Assembly (NCBI GenBank): GCA_045606105.1
Contig: JAZURI010000003.1
Span: 128,001 to 192,000 of the forward strand
Direction: 5' to 3'
DNA length: 64,000 nt
DNA from: Spirochaetia bacterium
GTDB lineage: Bacteria; Spirochaetota; Spirochaetia; CADAEX01
This document shows, in pieces, positions 19,566-29,691 of this stretch. Every line of letters begins with the position of its first letter. Position 1 is the stretch's first letter. Under the pieces are notes generated by a model, which did not search any database, was not told the origin of the DNA, and saw only the letters and a program-made list of their open reading frames with translations. Both the position numbers and the translations under genes were made by a program.

Positions 19566-20167
19566 AAGAATTCCTCGATTACTATGTTGTCAGAAACAAT
19601 GCCATAAAGCTTGCTCACAGGATGTTCAGTGAGGGCTTTGTTCCCGATATCATCTATGTACCTCTCAGAGGAGGTGCCTATCTGGGAAATGTCATCAGCG
19701 AATACTACAAGATAGCTCTCAGGAATACAGACCATAAGCCGGTCCGTTATGCTGCTCTGGTGGCAGGCTCCTATTCCGGAGTAAAGAACCACGGCGATGT
19801 TGTTATACAGGGCTGGACCTATCCGCCCGAAAAAGTGAATCCTGACGAAAAGATTCTTTTTGTGGATGATATCTTTGATTCCGGAAGGACCATCAATTTC
19901 ATTATAAAGCATCTTATTTCTCTGGGGCTGAAACGGGAAAATATCGTCATTGCTGTCCATGACTACAAGATTCAGGAATATAAGAACGAAATGCCTGAAA
20001 TTCTTCCCGACTATTACTGCAGAAAGCATGTCATCAAGAGGGAAGAGGACGAAATCTGGATCAATTATCAGAGCCACGAGCTTGTGGGGCTTTCAAAGGA
20101 TGAGCTTGAAAACCATTTCTATAATGAAGATCCTACTCTCCGGGAAGCTCTTTCGATTCTGGAATAA
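19562..20167 (+). CDS. Phosphoribosyltransferase
   Basis: LRGG and the PRPP-binding motif ILFVDDIFDSGRT. Confidence 0.88.
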   Translation: MKEFLDYYVVRNNAIKLAHRMFSEGFVPDIIYVPLRGGAYLGNVISEYYKIALRNTDHKPVRYAALVAGSYSGVKNHGDVVIQGWTYPPEKVNPDEKILFVDDIFDSGRTINFIIKHLISLGLKRENIVIAVHDYKIQEYKNEMPEILPDYYCRKHVIKREEDEIWINYQSHELVGLSKDELENHFYNEDPTLREALSILE

Positions 20168-21507
20168 ACCATTTTTTTCATCGTGATTATGAAGCACACA
20201 TACAGGGCCAGGAAGGTTATGGTCCAGGATATGCTGTATACTGCATAAATTGTCTCCAGCTTATGGAATGCCGGTATCTGAAACACGGTAAAAACCCAGA
20301 GAATCCTGAAGGCACAGGCTCCCAGCAGCGATGTTACGGTAGGGATTATGGAGTGGCCCATTCCCCTCAGTGTACCTGATATGATTTCCATCATTCCACA
20401 CAGGAAATAAGGAAGACAGAGATATTTCAATCTCATCATTGCAGATGATATTACATCCGGATCTGTGGAATAGAGTCCTGCTATCTCGTTTCCGAAGAAT
20501 ACCACCGCCCCTCCCACCGAGGCACCTGTCACTATTACACAGGCCAGAGCCGTAAGCTGTACCCTGATTATCCTTCTGAAGTTTCCGGCTCCCATGTTCT
20601 GGCCCGTAAAGGAGATGGTGGCCTGATAGAAGGCGTTCATGGCAAAATAGACAATATATTCGATATTCATGGCAGCTGCGTTTCCTGCCACCACTATTGC
20701 TCCGAAAAGATTGATTGAGGAGAGGATAACCACATTGGAGAGGGAAAATACCATGCCCTGGATTCCGGCCGGTATTCCTGTTCTCATTATCATGTAAAGC
20801 TGGGCTCTGTGGAATCTGATTCTGCTGATAACCAGGTTTACGGCTCCTTTGTCCCTGATCATGCAGCTGACTATGAGACAGCTGGCTACAGCCTGGGAAA
20901 TGACTGTGGCCAGGGCAACTCCTGCCACATCCCACCTGAACTTTATTACGAAAAGCAGGTTGAAAAGAACATTGATGATTCCGGCAATGATAAGGAACAT
21001 GAGAGGTCTTCTGGTATCGCCTACAGCTCTCAGCACAGCGCTTCCGAAATTATATACGATGGTGGCTATTATTCCGAGGAAATAGATACGGAGATAGAGG
21101 GTTGCAAGATCGAGAATCTCTTCCGGAGTGCTCATCCATATGAGAAAAATCCTGGCAAACAGCGTACCGAAAACGGTAAGTATGATACCGCCCGCAATAC
21201 TGAGGGCCATGGTGGTATGTATTGTCCTGCTGAGCTCTTCACTCTTTCTTGCGCCGTAATATCTTGCAGTGACTATATTTGCACCGATGGAGAGACCTAC
21301 GAACAGATTGACCATCAGGTTTATGAGGGAGGAATTGGCACCTACGGCTGCCAGGGAATTGCTTCCTGCAAAGCGTCCTACCACTATGATGTCGGTGGCA
21401 GTGAAGAGTAACTGAAGGATGGATGAACACATCAACGGTAAAGCAAACAGGATTATTTTCTTTAAAATCGGACCATTGCACATGTCGATTTCATAACTTT
21501 TTCCCAT
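20119..21507 (-). CDS. MATE family efflux transporter
   Basis: IDMCNGPILKKIILFALP, LRAVGDTRRPL, GVALATVISQ, FTGQNMGA. Start ATG 21507 preferred. Confidence 0.92.
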   Translation of the reverse strand: MGKSYEIDMCNGPILKKIILFALPLMCSSILQLLFTATDIIVVGRFAGSNSLAAVGANSSLINLMVNLFVGLSIGANIVTARYYGARKSEELSRTIHTTMALSIAGGIILTVFGTLFARIFLIWMSTPEEILDLATLYLRIYFLGIIATIVYNFGSAVLRAVGDTRRPLMFLIIAGIINVLFNLLFVIKFRWDVAGVALATVISQAVASCLIVSCMIRDKGAVNLVISRIRFHRAQLYMIMRTGIPAGIQGMVFSLSNVVILSSINLFGAIVVAGNAAAMNIEYIVYFAMNAFYQATISFTGQNMGAGNFRRIIRVQLTALACVIVTGASVGGAVVFFGNEIAGLYSTDPDVISSAMMRLKYLCLPYFLCGMMEIISGTLRGMGHSIIPTVTSLLGACAFRILWVFTVFQIPAFHKLETIYAVYSISWTITFLALYVCFIITMKKMVYSRIERASRRVGSSL

Positions 21508-21579
21508 AAGAAAATTTTCCAACTAACTTTCTGATTTGTCAATAGTTGTATAATAAAGTATTTGATGATATTTTAAGGT

Positions 21580-22341
21580 ATGGAAAAATATGCTGTTGTC
21601 GGCAGCGGCTCTTGTGGTAATTCATACATTTTCAAAACGGCGGAGTCAGGCTTTGTTGTGGATAACGGCTATTCCTTTTCAGAATTTTCCCGCCGTATAA
21701 AGTCCATGGATTTTGATATCAGAGATATAAGATACATTTTTCTTACCCATAATCACAAGGATCATATATCAGGTATGGAAATTCTTTCCAGAAAGCTGCA
21801 GATTCCGGTTTTCGTAGCTGAAAATCTTGATCTTTCAAGCAGTCTTAAGGAGGGCTTTTTCAGGACTGTAGAGGTCACTCCGGGCAATACCTACAGGGTG
21901 GACGATTTTACATTTACCGTTTTTTCCACTACTCATGATGCACCCTGTTCCGTGGGATACAGCTTTGCCACATCGGAATCCAGATATACTATAATTACAG
22001 ATACGGGAAAAACCTCCGAGCTCATGAGAAGCCTTGCGGATCAGTCAGATGTGCTTTTCCTGGAGGCAAACTATTGTCCCGAGATGCTGAAAAAAGGTCC
22101 CTATCCCTATTTCCTGAAAAAAAGGATTTTTTCGGATCACGGCCATCTTTCAAACCATGATGCGGTCGATTTTATCAAAAAACTTGATTCAGGTAAAAAA
22201 AGAAGTATATACTTATGTCATATATCAGATAAGAATAATTCTCCCGAAAGGGTAAAGGAAGTCTTTGACTCTGAATTTTCGGGAGATCTGGATTATCATA
22301 TTTGTAAACGAGGTATTCCCGTTTTGGGAAAAAGGAGTTGA
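21580..22341 (+). CDS. MBL-fold metallo-hydrolase (YycJ/WalJ-like)
   Basis: SGSCGN, THNHKDH, HD, TDTG, LEANY, GHLSN. Confidence 0.88.
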   Translation: MEKYAVVGSGSCGNSYIFKTAESGFVVDNGYSFSEFSRRIKSMDFDIRDIRYIFLTHNHKDHISGMEILSRKLQIPVFVAENLDLSSSLKEGFFRTVEVTPGNTYRVDDFTFTVFSTTHDAPCSVGYSFATSESRYTIITDTGKTSELMRSLADQSDVLFLEANYCPEMLKKGPYPYFLKKRIFSDHGHLSNHDAVDFIKKLDSGKKRSIYLCHISDKNNSPERVKEVFDSEFSGDLDYHICKRGIPVLGKRS

Positions 22342-22901
22342 TCATGGATAAAAGAATTCTTGTTCTTCTTGCAGAGGGCTGCGAGGAAATGGAGGTTGTG
22401 ATTCCTTCCGATCTGGCTGTAAGGGCAGGTCTTGATGTTGTAATGGCAGGAATAGAAGGAATCGATATAACAGGTTCCCACGGGATTTCCCTTATTGCAG
22501 ATTGCGAGATCGTTGATATTGCAGATGAAATCTTTGATGCCGTAATCATTCCGGGAGGAATGCCGGGTGCCGAGAACATTGCAAACAATGAGGTTGCCAT
22601 GGAGGTAATCCAGAGGCATGCAGACAAGGAGAAGCTTATCTGTGCCATCTGTGCCGCGCCCGGTGTAGTTCTGGGAGATACCAGAATTCTTGATGACCGT
22701 ATGGTTACCTGCTATCCAGGCTTTGAAAAGCATTTCAACCGTACTGTAACCTATATCGAGGATAAGGTTGCTGTCAGCGGAAATGTCATTACTGCAAAGG
22801 GCCCGGGAGCAGCTTTCCTGTTCGGCCGTGAAATTCTCAAGGCTCTTCTGGGAGAGGTTGTGGCAGACAAGGTTCTGCAGGGAACTTTCTATTCATGCTG
22901 A
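22338..22901 (+). CDS. DJ-1/YajL/PfpI family protein
   Basis: EEME, PGGMPGA, AICAAP. Confidence 0.9.
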   Translation: MIMDKRILVLLAEGCEEMEVVIPSDLAVRAGLDVVMAGIEGIDITGSHGISLIADCEIVDIADEIFDAVIIPGGMPGAENIANNEVAMEVIQRHADKEKLICAICAAPGVVLGDTRILDDRMVTCYPGFEKHFNRTVTYIEDKVAVSGNVITAKGPGAAFLFGREILKALLGEVVADKVLQGTFYSC

Positions 22902-24334
22902 GTATAAACGGCAAAAGCTTTTATCTTGTTGGGATAAAGGGTACAGGGCTTTCTGCCTTTGCCGAGCTTCTGCTTAAATCGGGAGCCAAGGTTACGGGAA
23001 GCGACACAGCGGAGAAATTCTATACCGACGAGGTGCTCCGTTCCCAGGGGATAAGCTTCAGGGAGGGTTTTTCTTCCGAAAATATCCCTGCCGGTATCGA
23101 TTATGTAATTTATTCCTCTGCCTATAATCCGGCTGAGAATCCTGACCTTGCGGAAGCGGTCAGGAGAGGTATTCCCATTATGGAGTACACAAAGGCACTG
23201 GGGGCTTTTTCTGAGGCTTACGATGCCGGGGGAATTGCCGGTGTCCATGGCAAGACTACAACAACTGCAATTACTGGAACACTGCTGAAGGCCCTTGATG
23301 CACCGGCTGCAGTTCTGGCCGGTTCTGCGGTATCCAACTTCGACGGCCGTTCCACCTTTGTGAACGGAAACCGTTTTTTTGTGGCTGAAACCTGCGAATA
23401 CAAGCGCCATTTCATGTCATTCCGGCCGTCCAGGATAATAGTTACAAGCATCGAGCCGGATCACCTGGATTTCTTTCCCACATATGCCGATATTTTCAGC
23501 GCATTTGTGGATTATGCCTTGCTGCTGCCGGAAAACGGGGAGCTGATTTACTGTGCCGATGACAGCGGATGCCGTGAGCTGGCTGCCGTTATCAGGGAAA
23601 AAAGAGCCGATATAGTACAGATTCCTTACGGATTCACTGCAGAAGGGGATTACAGGATTACATCTTCCGGAATCAGGGAAAGCCGTAACTGCTTTACATT
23701 GGCAGGCTTTGATACGGAATTTGCCCTGAGGATACCGGGAGAGCATATTGTTCTTGATTCTGCCGCCGCATTGGCCATGACAGTTTCCATCCTTAAGAAA
23801 TGGAAAGGGGAGCCGGGGACAGAGGAACTGGAAAAAATAAGGAACGGCTTTGAGGAGTTCAGAGGAAGCAAGAGACGCAGCGAAATTCTCGGTACTGCCG
23901 GAGGAATCCTGTTCATGGACGATTATGCCCATCATCCCACAGCCATAAGACTGACACTTGAGGGAATCAGGAGCTTTTATCCGGGAAGGAAGCTGGTGGT
24001 GGATTTCATGTCCCATACCTATTCCAGGACCGAAGGACTTCTTGAGGAATTTGCCTCTTCTTTCGGGGCTGCGGATGAGGTTATCCTGAACAATATATAT
24101 GCTTCGGCCCGTGAAAGGAATACGGATTCCGATCTGGACAGCCGTTTTTACCGGGCCCTGTGCCGGAATCACAATAATGTAAAGTATTTTCCGAAGCCTG
24201 CCGACGGCTTTGATTATCTTAAAACACATTTACAAAGGGACCACATATTCATTACTATGGGTGCTGGAGATAACTGGACTGTGGGAAAAATGCTGTATGA
24301 CTATTTTTCCTGCAAAAAAGAGGCTTTAACATGA
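22895..24334 (+). CDS. murC: UDP-N-acetylmuramate--L-alanine ligase
   Basis: GIKGTG, GVHGKTTTT, DHLD, DDYAHHP, MGAGD. Confidence 0.93.
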   Translation: MLSINGKSFYLVGIKGTGLSAFAELLLKSGAKVTGSDTAEKFYTDEVLRSQGISFREGFSSENIPAGIDYVIYSSAYNPAENPDLAEAVRRGIPIMEYTKALGAFSEAYDAGGIAGVHGKTTTTAITGTLLKALDAPAAVLAGSAVSNFDGRSTFVNGNRFFVAETCEYKRHFMSFRPSRIIVTSIEPDHLDFFPTYADIFSAFVDYALLLPENGELIYCADDSGCRELAAVIREKRADIVQIPYGFTAEGDYRITSSGIRESRNCFTLAGFDTEFALRIPGEHIVLDSAAALAMTVSILKKWKGEPGTEELEKIRNGFEEFRGSKRRSEILGTAGGILFMDDYAHHPTAIRLTLEGIRSFYPGRKLVVDFMSHTYSRTEGLLEEFASSFGAADEVILNNIYASARERNTDSDLDSRFYRALCRNHNNVKYFPKPADGFDYLKTHLQRDHIFITMGAGDNWTVGKMLYDYFSCKKEALT

Positions 24335-25197
24335 AAAGTATGACTGGGTACAGCTTCGGTGAATTTCAGGATGAAACCATCAAGCTGGCTGCTGAACTTA
24401 AATCCTATAACAACCGTTTTCTTGACATAAACGTAAATGCTCCCTCATCGCTTCAGGGTTGTGAGAATGCCATAAGAAAATTTCTTGGAGAAAGGATTGC
24501 CCGCGGAAAGATTGAATTTTATCTCAAGATAAAGGAGCTTAAATCCGATGTTGCCATTCAGGTTGATGAAAATGCAGTAAGAGGTTATGTGGATGCAATC
24601 AACAGGGTGCGTGAGATTGCCGGAATCAAGGAAGAGATAAAGATTTCCAACATAATCAGGGAGGAGGGTGTTCTGTGCAGGAACAGCGAACCGGATCCCG
24701 AAATCTATGACAAATATGTTCTTCCGCTCCTTAACAAGGTTTTTGCAGGCTATGAGGCCACATGTATTGCCGAGGGGGAAAATACGAAGAAGGATATTCT
24801 CCGTCATCTTGCGGTGATTGAAGAAAACGTAAGCCGGGTAGAGGCCTGTGCCGGGCGTTTTGAGGAGCTTATAAAGAAAAATATTCAGGAGCGGTTCTAT
24901 CAGCTTCTGGGAGACAATGCGGACGAAGGTAGGGTTTATGCCGAAACTGCCGTCATGCTGGTAAAATATACAATCAACGAGGAGCTGGTGAGGCTCAGAT
25001 CCCATCTTCAGGCCTTCCATGAAGCAGTGGAGTCGGATGAGCCGGTGGGAAAGAAGCTGGATTTCATCTGTCAGGAGCTGAACCGGGAAATAAATACCAT
25101 CGGTTCCAAGAGCATGATGGTGGAAATCGACCAGTCTGTTATCAATCTCAAGGATGCCCTTGAAAATATTCGTGAACAAGTGAGGAATGTTGTCTGA
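24331..25197 (+). CDS. yicC: YicC/YloC family endoribonuclease
   Basis: MKSMTGY, EELVRLRSH, GKKLDFICQELNREINTIGSK, IREQVRN. Confidence 0.92.
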   Translation: MKSMTGYSFGEFQDETIKLAAELKSYNNRFLDINVNAPSSLQGCENAIRKFLGERIARGKIEFYLKIKELKSDVAIQVDENAVRGYVDAINRVREIAGIKEEIKISNIIREEGVLCRNSEPDPEIYDKYVLPLLNKVFAGYEATCIAEGENTKKDILRHLAVIEENVSRVEACAGRFEELIKKNIQERFYQLLGDNADEGRVYAETAVMLVKYTINEELVRLRSHLQAFHEAVESDEPVGKKLDFICQELNREINTIGSKSMMVEIDQSVINLKDALENIREQVRNVV

Positions 25198-25718
25198 TGA
25201 TAATTGCAATTTCAGGAAAAAGCGGATGCGGTAATACTACCGTAAGTACAATGCTTGCAGAAAAGCTTAATCTTACCTTGGTGAATTATACATTCAGGAA
25301 TCTGGCACAGGATACGGGAAAGGATTTCAAGGAAATCTGTCAGGCTGCAAAGAGCGATCCCTCCTACGACCGTTATATAGATAATCATCAGGTGGAGCTT
25401 GCCGAGAAGGGAAACTGTGTTCTTGGTTCAAGGCTTGCAATCTGGATGGTAAAGAAGGCTGATCTCAAGGTTTTTCTTACAGCCTCCACCGAGACAAGGG
25501 TAGGGAGAATCCACAACAGGGAGGGTGGTGATATCAATGATGTCCGTGAGGCCACAATCCGCAGGGATGCTTCCGATTCAGCCCGTTATATGGAGCTTTA
25601 TTCCATTGACAACAGCAAATATGATTTTGCCGATCTGGTGGTGGATACCGAAAAGTACAGACCGGAACAGATAGTTGAACTGATAATCGAAGAGCTTAAA
25701 AAAAGAAATATCAGCTGA
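25197..25718 (+). CDS. cmk: Cytidylate kinase (short archaeal/spirochaete type)
   Basis: IAISGKSGCGNTT, GSRLAIW, RDASDSARY. Confidence 0.82.
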   Translation: MIIAISGKSGCGNTTVSTMLAEKLNLTLVNYTFRNLAQDTGKDFKEICQAAKSDPSYDRYIDNHQVELAEKGNCVLGSRLAIWMVKKADLKVFLTASTETRVGRIHNREGGDINDVREATIRRDASDSARYMELYSIDNSKYDFADLVVDTEKYRPEQIVELIIEELKKRNIS

Positions 25719-26706
25719 AAGGGGAGATTACCCTTATTCCCGGAAACATTCCGGTTATGACATTTTCGTCTTTTTTCTCGAAAATAAGCTTTACATTGGC
25801 TCCTGCATCAATGGTCACATAGCAGGAGAGACCCTCGTTTCTTGCTTTTGAAACAGCTTTGATTACAGCCAGAGTTTCAGGTTCCCAGTATATGAGAGGC
25901 GGATTTGAGGAAAGCATGCATGCATGCATGGAAAGGGCATTGTTTTCAGAGGTTTTTCCAAGCAGCTCAAAATTCTTTTCATTCAGGGCCTTCAGAATAA
26001 GCTCCATATCTCTTTCAACCTGGGAAGGCCATCTTTCGTAAAGGATTGATGTGCCGGCTGTATGTTCCATTCCCTTTCCGGAGCTCATGCATTTTTTTTC
26101 CGACGAAACAGTAACCAGTCCCAGCCTCAGCTCAGGCCATTCATAAGGGAGCTTTTCCGAGAAGGCATCCATTCCGTCAATCCTCTGTCCCCGATGGTTA
26201 TAAACAAATCCTGTAAAAATACTTCTTGAAGCACTGCGGCTCCCTATTCCGGCCAGCATTGAAAGCTCCCTGCTTCCCAGACCGTATCCGTAAAAGCTGT
26301 CCAGCGCCAATGTCAGTGCGGCAAAGCCTGAGGCTGAGGAGGCTGCTCCGGCTGCAGTAGGTATATTGTTTTCAGTAGCAATTTCCAGGGCAGGTCCTTT
26401 GTCCGGTTTCATGAGAGCGGCAAATCTGTTTATTTTTTCTGCAAAAGGGGAATCTGCCGGAAGCCGGGATCCGTTGAATATGATTATGTTTTCCTTGCCT
26501 GGTGCAGCCTTGACCGATGTTAATGTTCCGCAGTTTCCCATGGATACAGAAAGGCTGTCGGTGAGGGGCAGATTCAGCTCCTTGTCCCTTTTTCCCCAAT
26601 ATTTGCAGAGTGCTATGTTGGCAGGGGCAAAGGCTTCCGATTGGTTCTGTATATCAGCTTTCTTTCCATTGATTATTTTTTCGGCATATTCCTTTCTTGT
26701 CAGCAT
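25711..26706 (-). CDS. mvaD: Diphosphomevalonate decarboxylase
   Basis: NIALCKYWGK, PTAAGAASSASG, MHA, TIDAGANV. Start ATG 26706 overlaps the upstream stop. Confidence 0.92.
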   Translation of the reverse strand: MLTRKEYAEKIINGKKADIQNQSEAFAPANIALCKYWGKRDKELNLPLTDSLSVSMGNCGTLTSVKAAPGKENIIIFNGSRLPADSPFAEKINRFAALMKPDKGPALEIATENNIPTAAGAASSASGFAALTLALDSFYGYGLGSRELSMLAGIGSRSASRSIFTGFVYNHRGQRIDGMDAFSEKLPYEWPELRLGLVTVSSEKKCMSSGKGMEHTAGTSILYERWPSQVERDMELILKALNEKNFELLGKTSENNALSMHACMLSSNPPLIYWEPETLAVIKAVSKARNEGLSCYVTIDAGANVKLIFEKKDENVITGMFPGIRVISPFS

Positions 26707-27611
26707 GTACAGATTCCCTCCTTTGTTATCCTGACCGGAATGTTCAGGAAACCCTCCGGCTTTTTTTCGGGTATTCCCAGCGACAGGACACAATCTCCCA
26801 GACCTGAGCCTGAAATCTTTGCTCCGAGTACATTTCTCTCTTTTCTGAGAGCTTCCGTCATGGTTCTGAGCGTATCATCGCAGACTCCCAGTTCCTCCAT
26901 AAGGGCATTATATTCATCAAAAAGCTTTCCTGTAAGGAAAAAATCCCCTTTTTCCAGGGCAATGGCTGTCTTTTCCGAAACAGAACCCATTTTCCTGTAC
27001 AGCATTTCATATTTTTCCGGATCAGCTTCCGCTTTTTTGTTTACCAGGGCAATGACCTCAGGGGTTTTCATTTTATATCCTGAATAATAGAGATCTATTT
27101 CAGGAAACCAGGCGCAGGGCAATGGAGAAGGTTTTCCGTCCATTTTTATGATACCTCCGAAAACAGAGGCTGCCAGATCGCTTCCGCTTCCTGTTTTCTG
27201 TACACATCGGACCACATCAAGGGCCTGTCTGAAAAGCTCGGAATCAGATAATTCTTTTTCGTATAATAAGTTAAGAGCCTTGCAGATGCTGACTGTAACA
27301 GCGGCTGATGAGCCGAGGCCTGTTTTATGGGAAAACTGGGATTCCGTAGAAATTTTTATTCCGTACTGTGGATTGAAGTTTCTTACAGCTTCGGTGATAA
27401 ATGTGAAATCGGTGCTTCTGACAGGACTGTCCAGATCTGCTTCATAGTTTCCCAAGGCAGATTCTATAATCAGCTTTCTCTTGTTCAGGAGCTCTCCCTT
27501 CAGAAAAATCCTTTTGTCAACGGCACAGGCACAGGCTGAATATCCGTGAAGCACCGCATGCTCCCCGGTCAGCATGAGAGAGCCGGGAGCTGAAACCCTT
27601 ACAACAGACAT
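26700..27611 (-). CDS. Phosphomevalonate kinase (GHMP family)
   Basis: SAPGSLMLTGEHAV, GLGSSAA, GSGSDLAAS, KISGSGLGDC; position in the operon. Confidence 0.85.
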   Translation of the reverse strand: MSVVRVSAPGSLMLTGEHAVLHGYSACACAVDKRIFLKGELLNKRKLIIESALGNYEADLDSPVRSTDFTFITEAVRNFNPQYGIKISTESQFSHKTGLGSSAAVTVSICKALNLLYEKELSDSELFRQALDVVRCVQKTGSGSDLAASVFGGIIKMDGKPSPLPCAWFPEIDLYYSGYKMKTPEVIALVNKKAEADPEKYEMLYRKMGSVSEKTAIALEKGDFFLTGKLFDEYNALMEELGVCDDTLRTMTEALRKERNVLGAKISGSGLGDCVLSLGIPEKKPEGFLNIPVRITKEGICTC

Positions 27612-28522
27612 TCCACCCCTCCGTCGTGAATCCTCACATTGAAAATTGTGTATCCGGCCCTGTCACAGAGCTCTTTAAGCTGCAAACCTCTGTCCCCCAT
27701 ACCGAAAACCAGCCCGATTCCGGCACCGGTTCCTCTTATTGCTCCGGCTCCGCTTATCTTGAATGCACCACCCAGGGCTTCCACCTTTCTTGAGAATTCG
27801 GCAACGGGAGCCGGTACTACCCCGATTTTCTCCAGGAGCCGTTCATTTTCCGTTATGCTTTTCAGGAGCAGGGCTTCGTCGTTTTCCTGCAGGGCTGTCT
27901 CTATGTTTTTTTCTGCTTCGGTAAATTTCTGAAGAAGCTCAGGTGTAAACAGCTTTTTTGTATGGCTGACTGCCTCACCGGTGGTACAGGAGGGTCTGCC
28001 GGTAAAGATTATCGAAAATTCTGGTCCGTTCCCAAGGGTAATGGCAGGTCCGGGAAGTATTTTCCCCTTTTCCAGCTTTACCGTTCCCCCTGAAATGACG
28101 GCAGCAGGATCAAGTCCGCTGGAAGTGCCGTGTACCAGGTTTTCGCAGTCCCGGATGACTTCAACCATTTCATTTTTAGGTATTCTGATACCGTGAAGAA
28201 TACAAAGACCGGCAAATACCGATGTTATGGCAGCGGCCGAGGAGCCCATTCCCGAGCCGGTGGGGACAGAGGATGATATTTCCATATCAGCCCCTTTTGT
28301 CAGTCCGAATCTTTCTTCAAACTTCCTGACGGCATAATAAAGGGGATCGGTATTTTCATTTTCTTTTGATTTTATAGAAATATTTTTTCCGTTATTTTCT
28401 CTTATATGATTTTCCACATAGAGAGTACATGCCGCAGCCAGGGCAGGTGCACCCATGACAACAGCGTGTTCACCTGATATTATAACTTTTCCGGGAACCT
28501 TTATTCTGTACTCTGCTGGCAT
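27599..28522 (-). CDS. mvk: Mevalonate kinase
   Basis: PGKVIISGEHAVV, PTGSGMGSSAA, HGTSSGLD, KISGAG. Confidence 0.9.
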   Translation of the reverse strand: MPAEYRIKVPGKVIISGEHAVVMGAPALAAACTLYVENHIRENNGKNISIKSKENENTDPLYYAVRKFEERFGLTKGADMEISSSVPTGSGMGSSAAAITSVFAGLCILHGIRIPKNEMVEVIRDCENLVHGTSSGLDPAAVISGGTVKLEKGKILPGPAITLGNGPEFSIIFTGRPSCTTGEAVSHTKKLFTPELLQKFTEAEKNIETALQENDEALLLKSITENERLLEKIGVVPAPVAEFSRKVEALGGAFKISGAGAIRGTGAGIGLVFGMGDRGLQLKELCDRAGYTIFNVRIHDGGVECLL

Positions 28523-29691
28523 TTTTCATACATCCTGCAATGATTCTTAATTCCGGAAAATCTGAAAAGTCCGGTGGTTACGGCAGGGTTTACACAGTTG
28601 CCTGAATCTTCGGCAAGAATATCCGAGAAACTGTAGAATTCAAGATATGTGTCAAAATCTATTTCCTTCCTGTTCTTCAGCATGTTTTCATGGAAAGCGG
28701 TACGGAGTCTCTCTCTGTAGCCAGGTACAAATCTTCCGGTAAAGAATTCTCCGGCACACCCCGATCCGTAGCTGAAAAGGGCAATGCTCCTGTCGGTAAG
28801 ATCCTCTGTTTCATGATCAAGAAGGGAGCAGAGGGCAAAATATACCGATGCCGAATAGCAGTTGCCGATCTGTCGGCTGTAGGCAAGAGTAGGGGCAAGC
28901 TGATTTTCCAGCTCTTCCTTGGATTTGAGGCTTCCTGCCTCCTTTGCAAGCTTTCCGTGGGCCTTTATTCCCATTGATGAGAATGGAAGGTGGTAGCAGA
29001 ACCTGAATATTTCATCAAAGGTGATACCTGTATTCCGGACAAGCTCCTTCCAGGATTCCTTTGCAGTCTTGACATAGTTAATCATGGAAAACTTTCCGTC
29101 AAGGATAGGATTGGAGCAATAGTTAGGTCTCCAGAAATCCCATGTGCTGGCACAGTAACATCCGCTTTTTTCATCGATTATCATGAGCTTTGGATCAGCC
29201 TTTACAATCATGGCAACAGCACCGCAGCCCTGAGTTGCTTCACCCGGTGAATCAAGCTCGTATCTGGCAATATCGGCAGAAATTACAAGGACACTTTTTT
29301 CAGGGTTCCTGGCAGCAATGGCACAGGCGGCCTGAAGTGCTGCGGTGGAGGCATAGCATGCCTGCTTAAGCTCGGCAACACGACAGTTCGGAGAAAGTCC
29401 CAGCAGATCATGGACAAATACAGCCGCCGATTTTGACTGGTCGGTACCGCTTTCGGTTGCAAACAGCAGAGTTCCGATATCTGACGGATCTGTTCTTTCC
29501 AGAAGGGCCGAAGCTGCATTGGCTGCCATGGTAATGATATCTTCATCAGGTGCCGGAATTCCGATTTTCTCTATTCCGATTCCATCTTTGAATTTGTTGT
29601 AGTCCGTATTCCTTTCATCTGCAAGTGTGTGTAAATCCAGGTAGAAAGGAGATGTATAAAAAGCTATATCATCAATGCCTGTCTTAATCAT
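28501..29691 (-). CDS. mvaS: Hydroxymethylglutaryl-CoA synthase
   Basis: ATESGTDQSK, ELKQACY, GEATQGCGA, YHLPF, SYGSG. Confidence 0.94.
   Translation of the reverse strand: MIKTGIDDIAFYTSPFYLDLHTLADERNTDYNKFKDGIGIEKIGIPAPDEDIITMAANAASALLERTDPSDIGTLLFATESGTDQSKSAAVFVHDLLGLSPNCRVAELKQACYASTAALQAACAIAARNPEKSVLVISADIARYELDSPGEATQGCGAVAMIVKADPKLMIIDEKSGCYCASTWDFWRPNYCSNPILDGKFSMINYVKTAKESWKELVRNTGITFDEIFRFCYHLPFSSMGIKAHGKLAKEAGSLKSKEELENQLAPTLAYSRQIGNCYSASVYFALCSLLDHETEDLTDRSIALFSYGSGCAGEFFTGRFVPGYRERLRTAFHENMLKNRKEIDFDTYLEFYSFSDILAEDSGNCVNPAVTTGLFRFSGIKNHCRMYEKCQQSTE

Noticed and set aside
18017-25209. Long minus-strand ORFs 18017-18895, 23417-24229 and 24445-25209
   Set aside because: They lie opposite PPIase/nusB, murC and yicC, as expected for codon-bias shadows.
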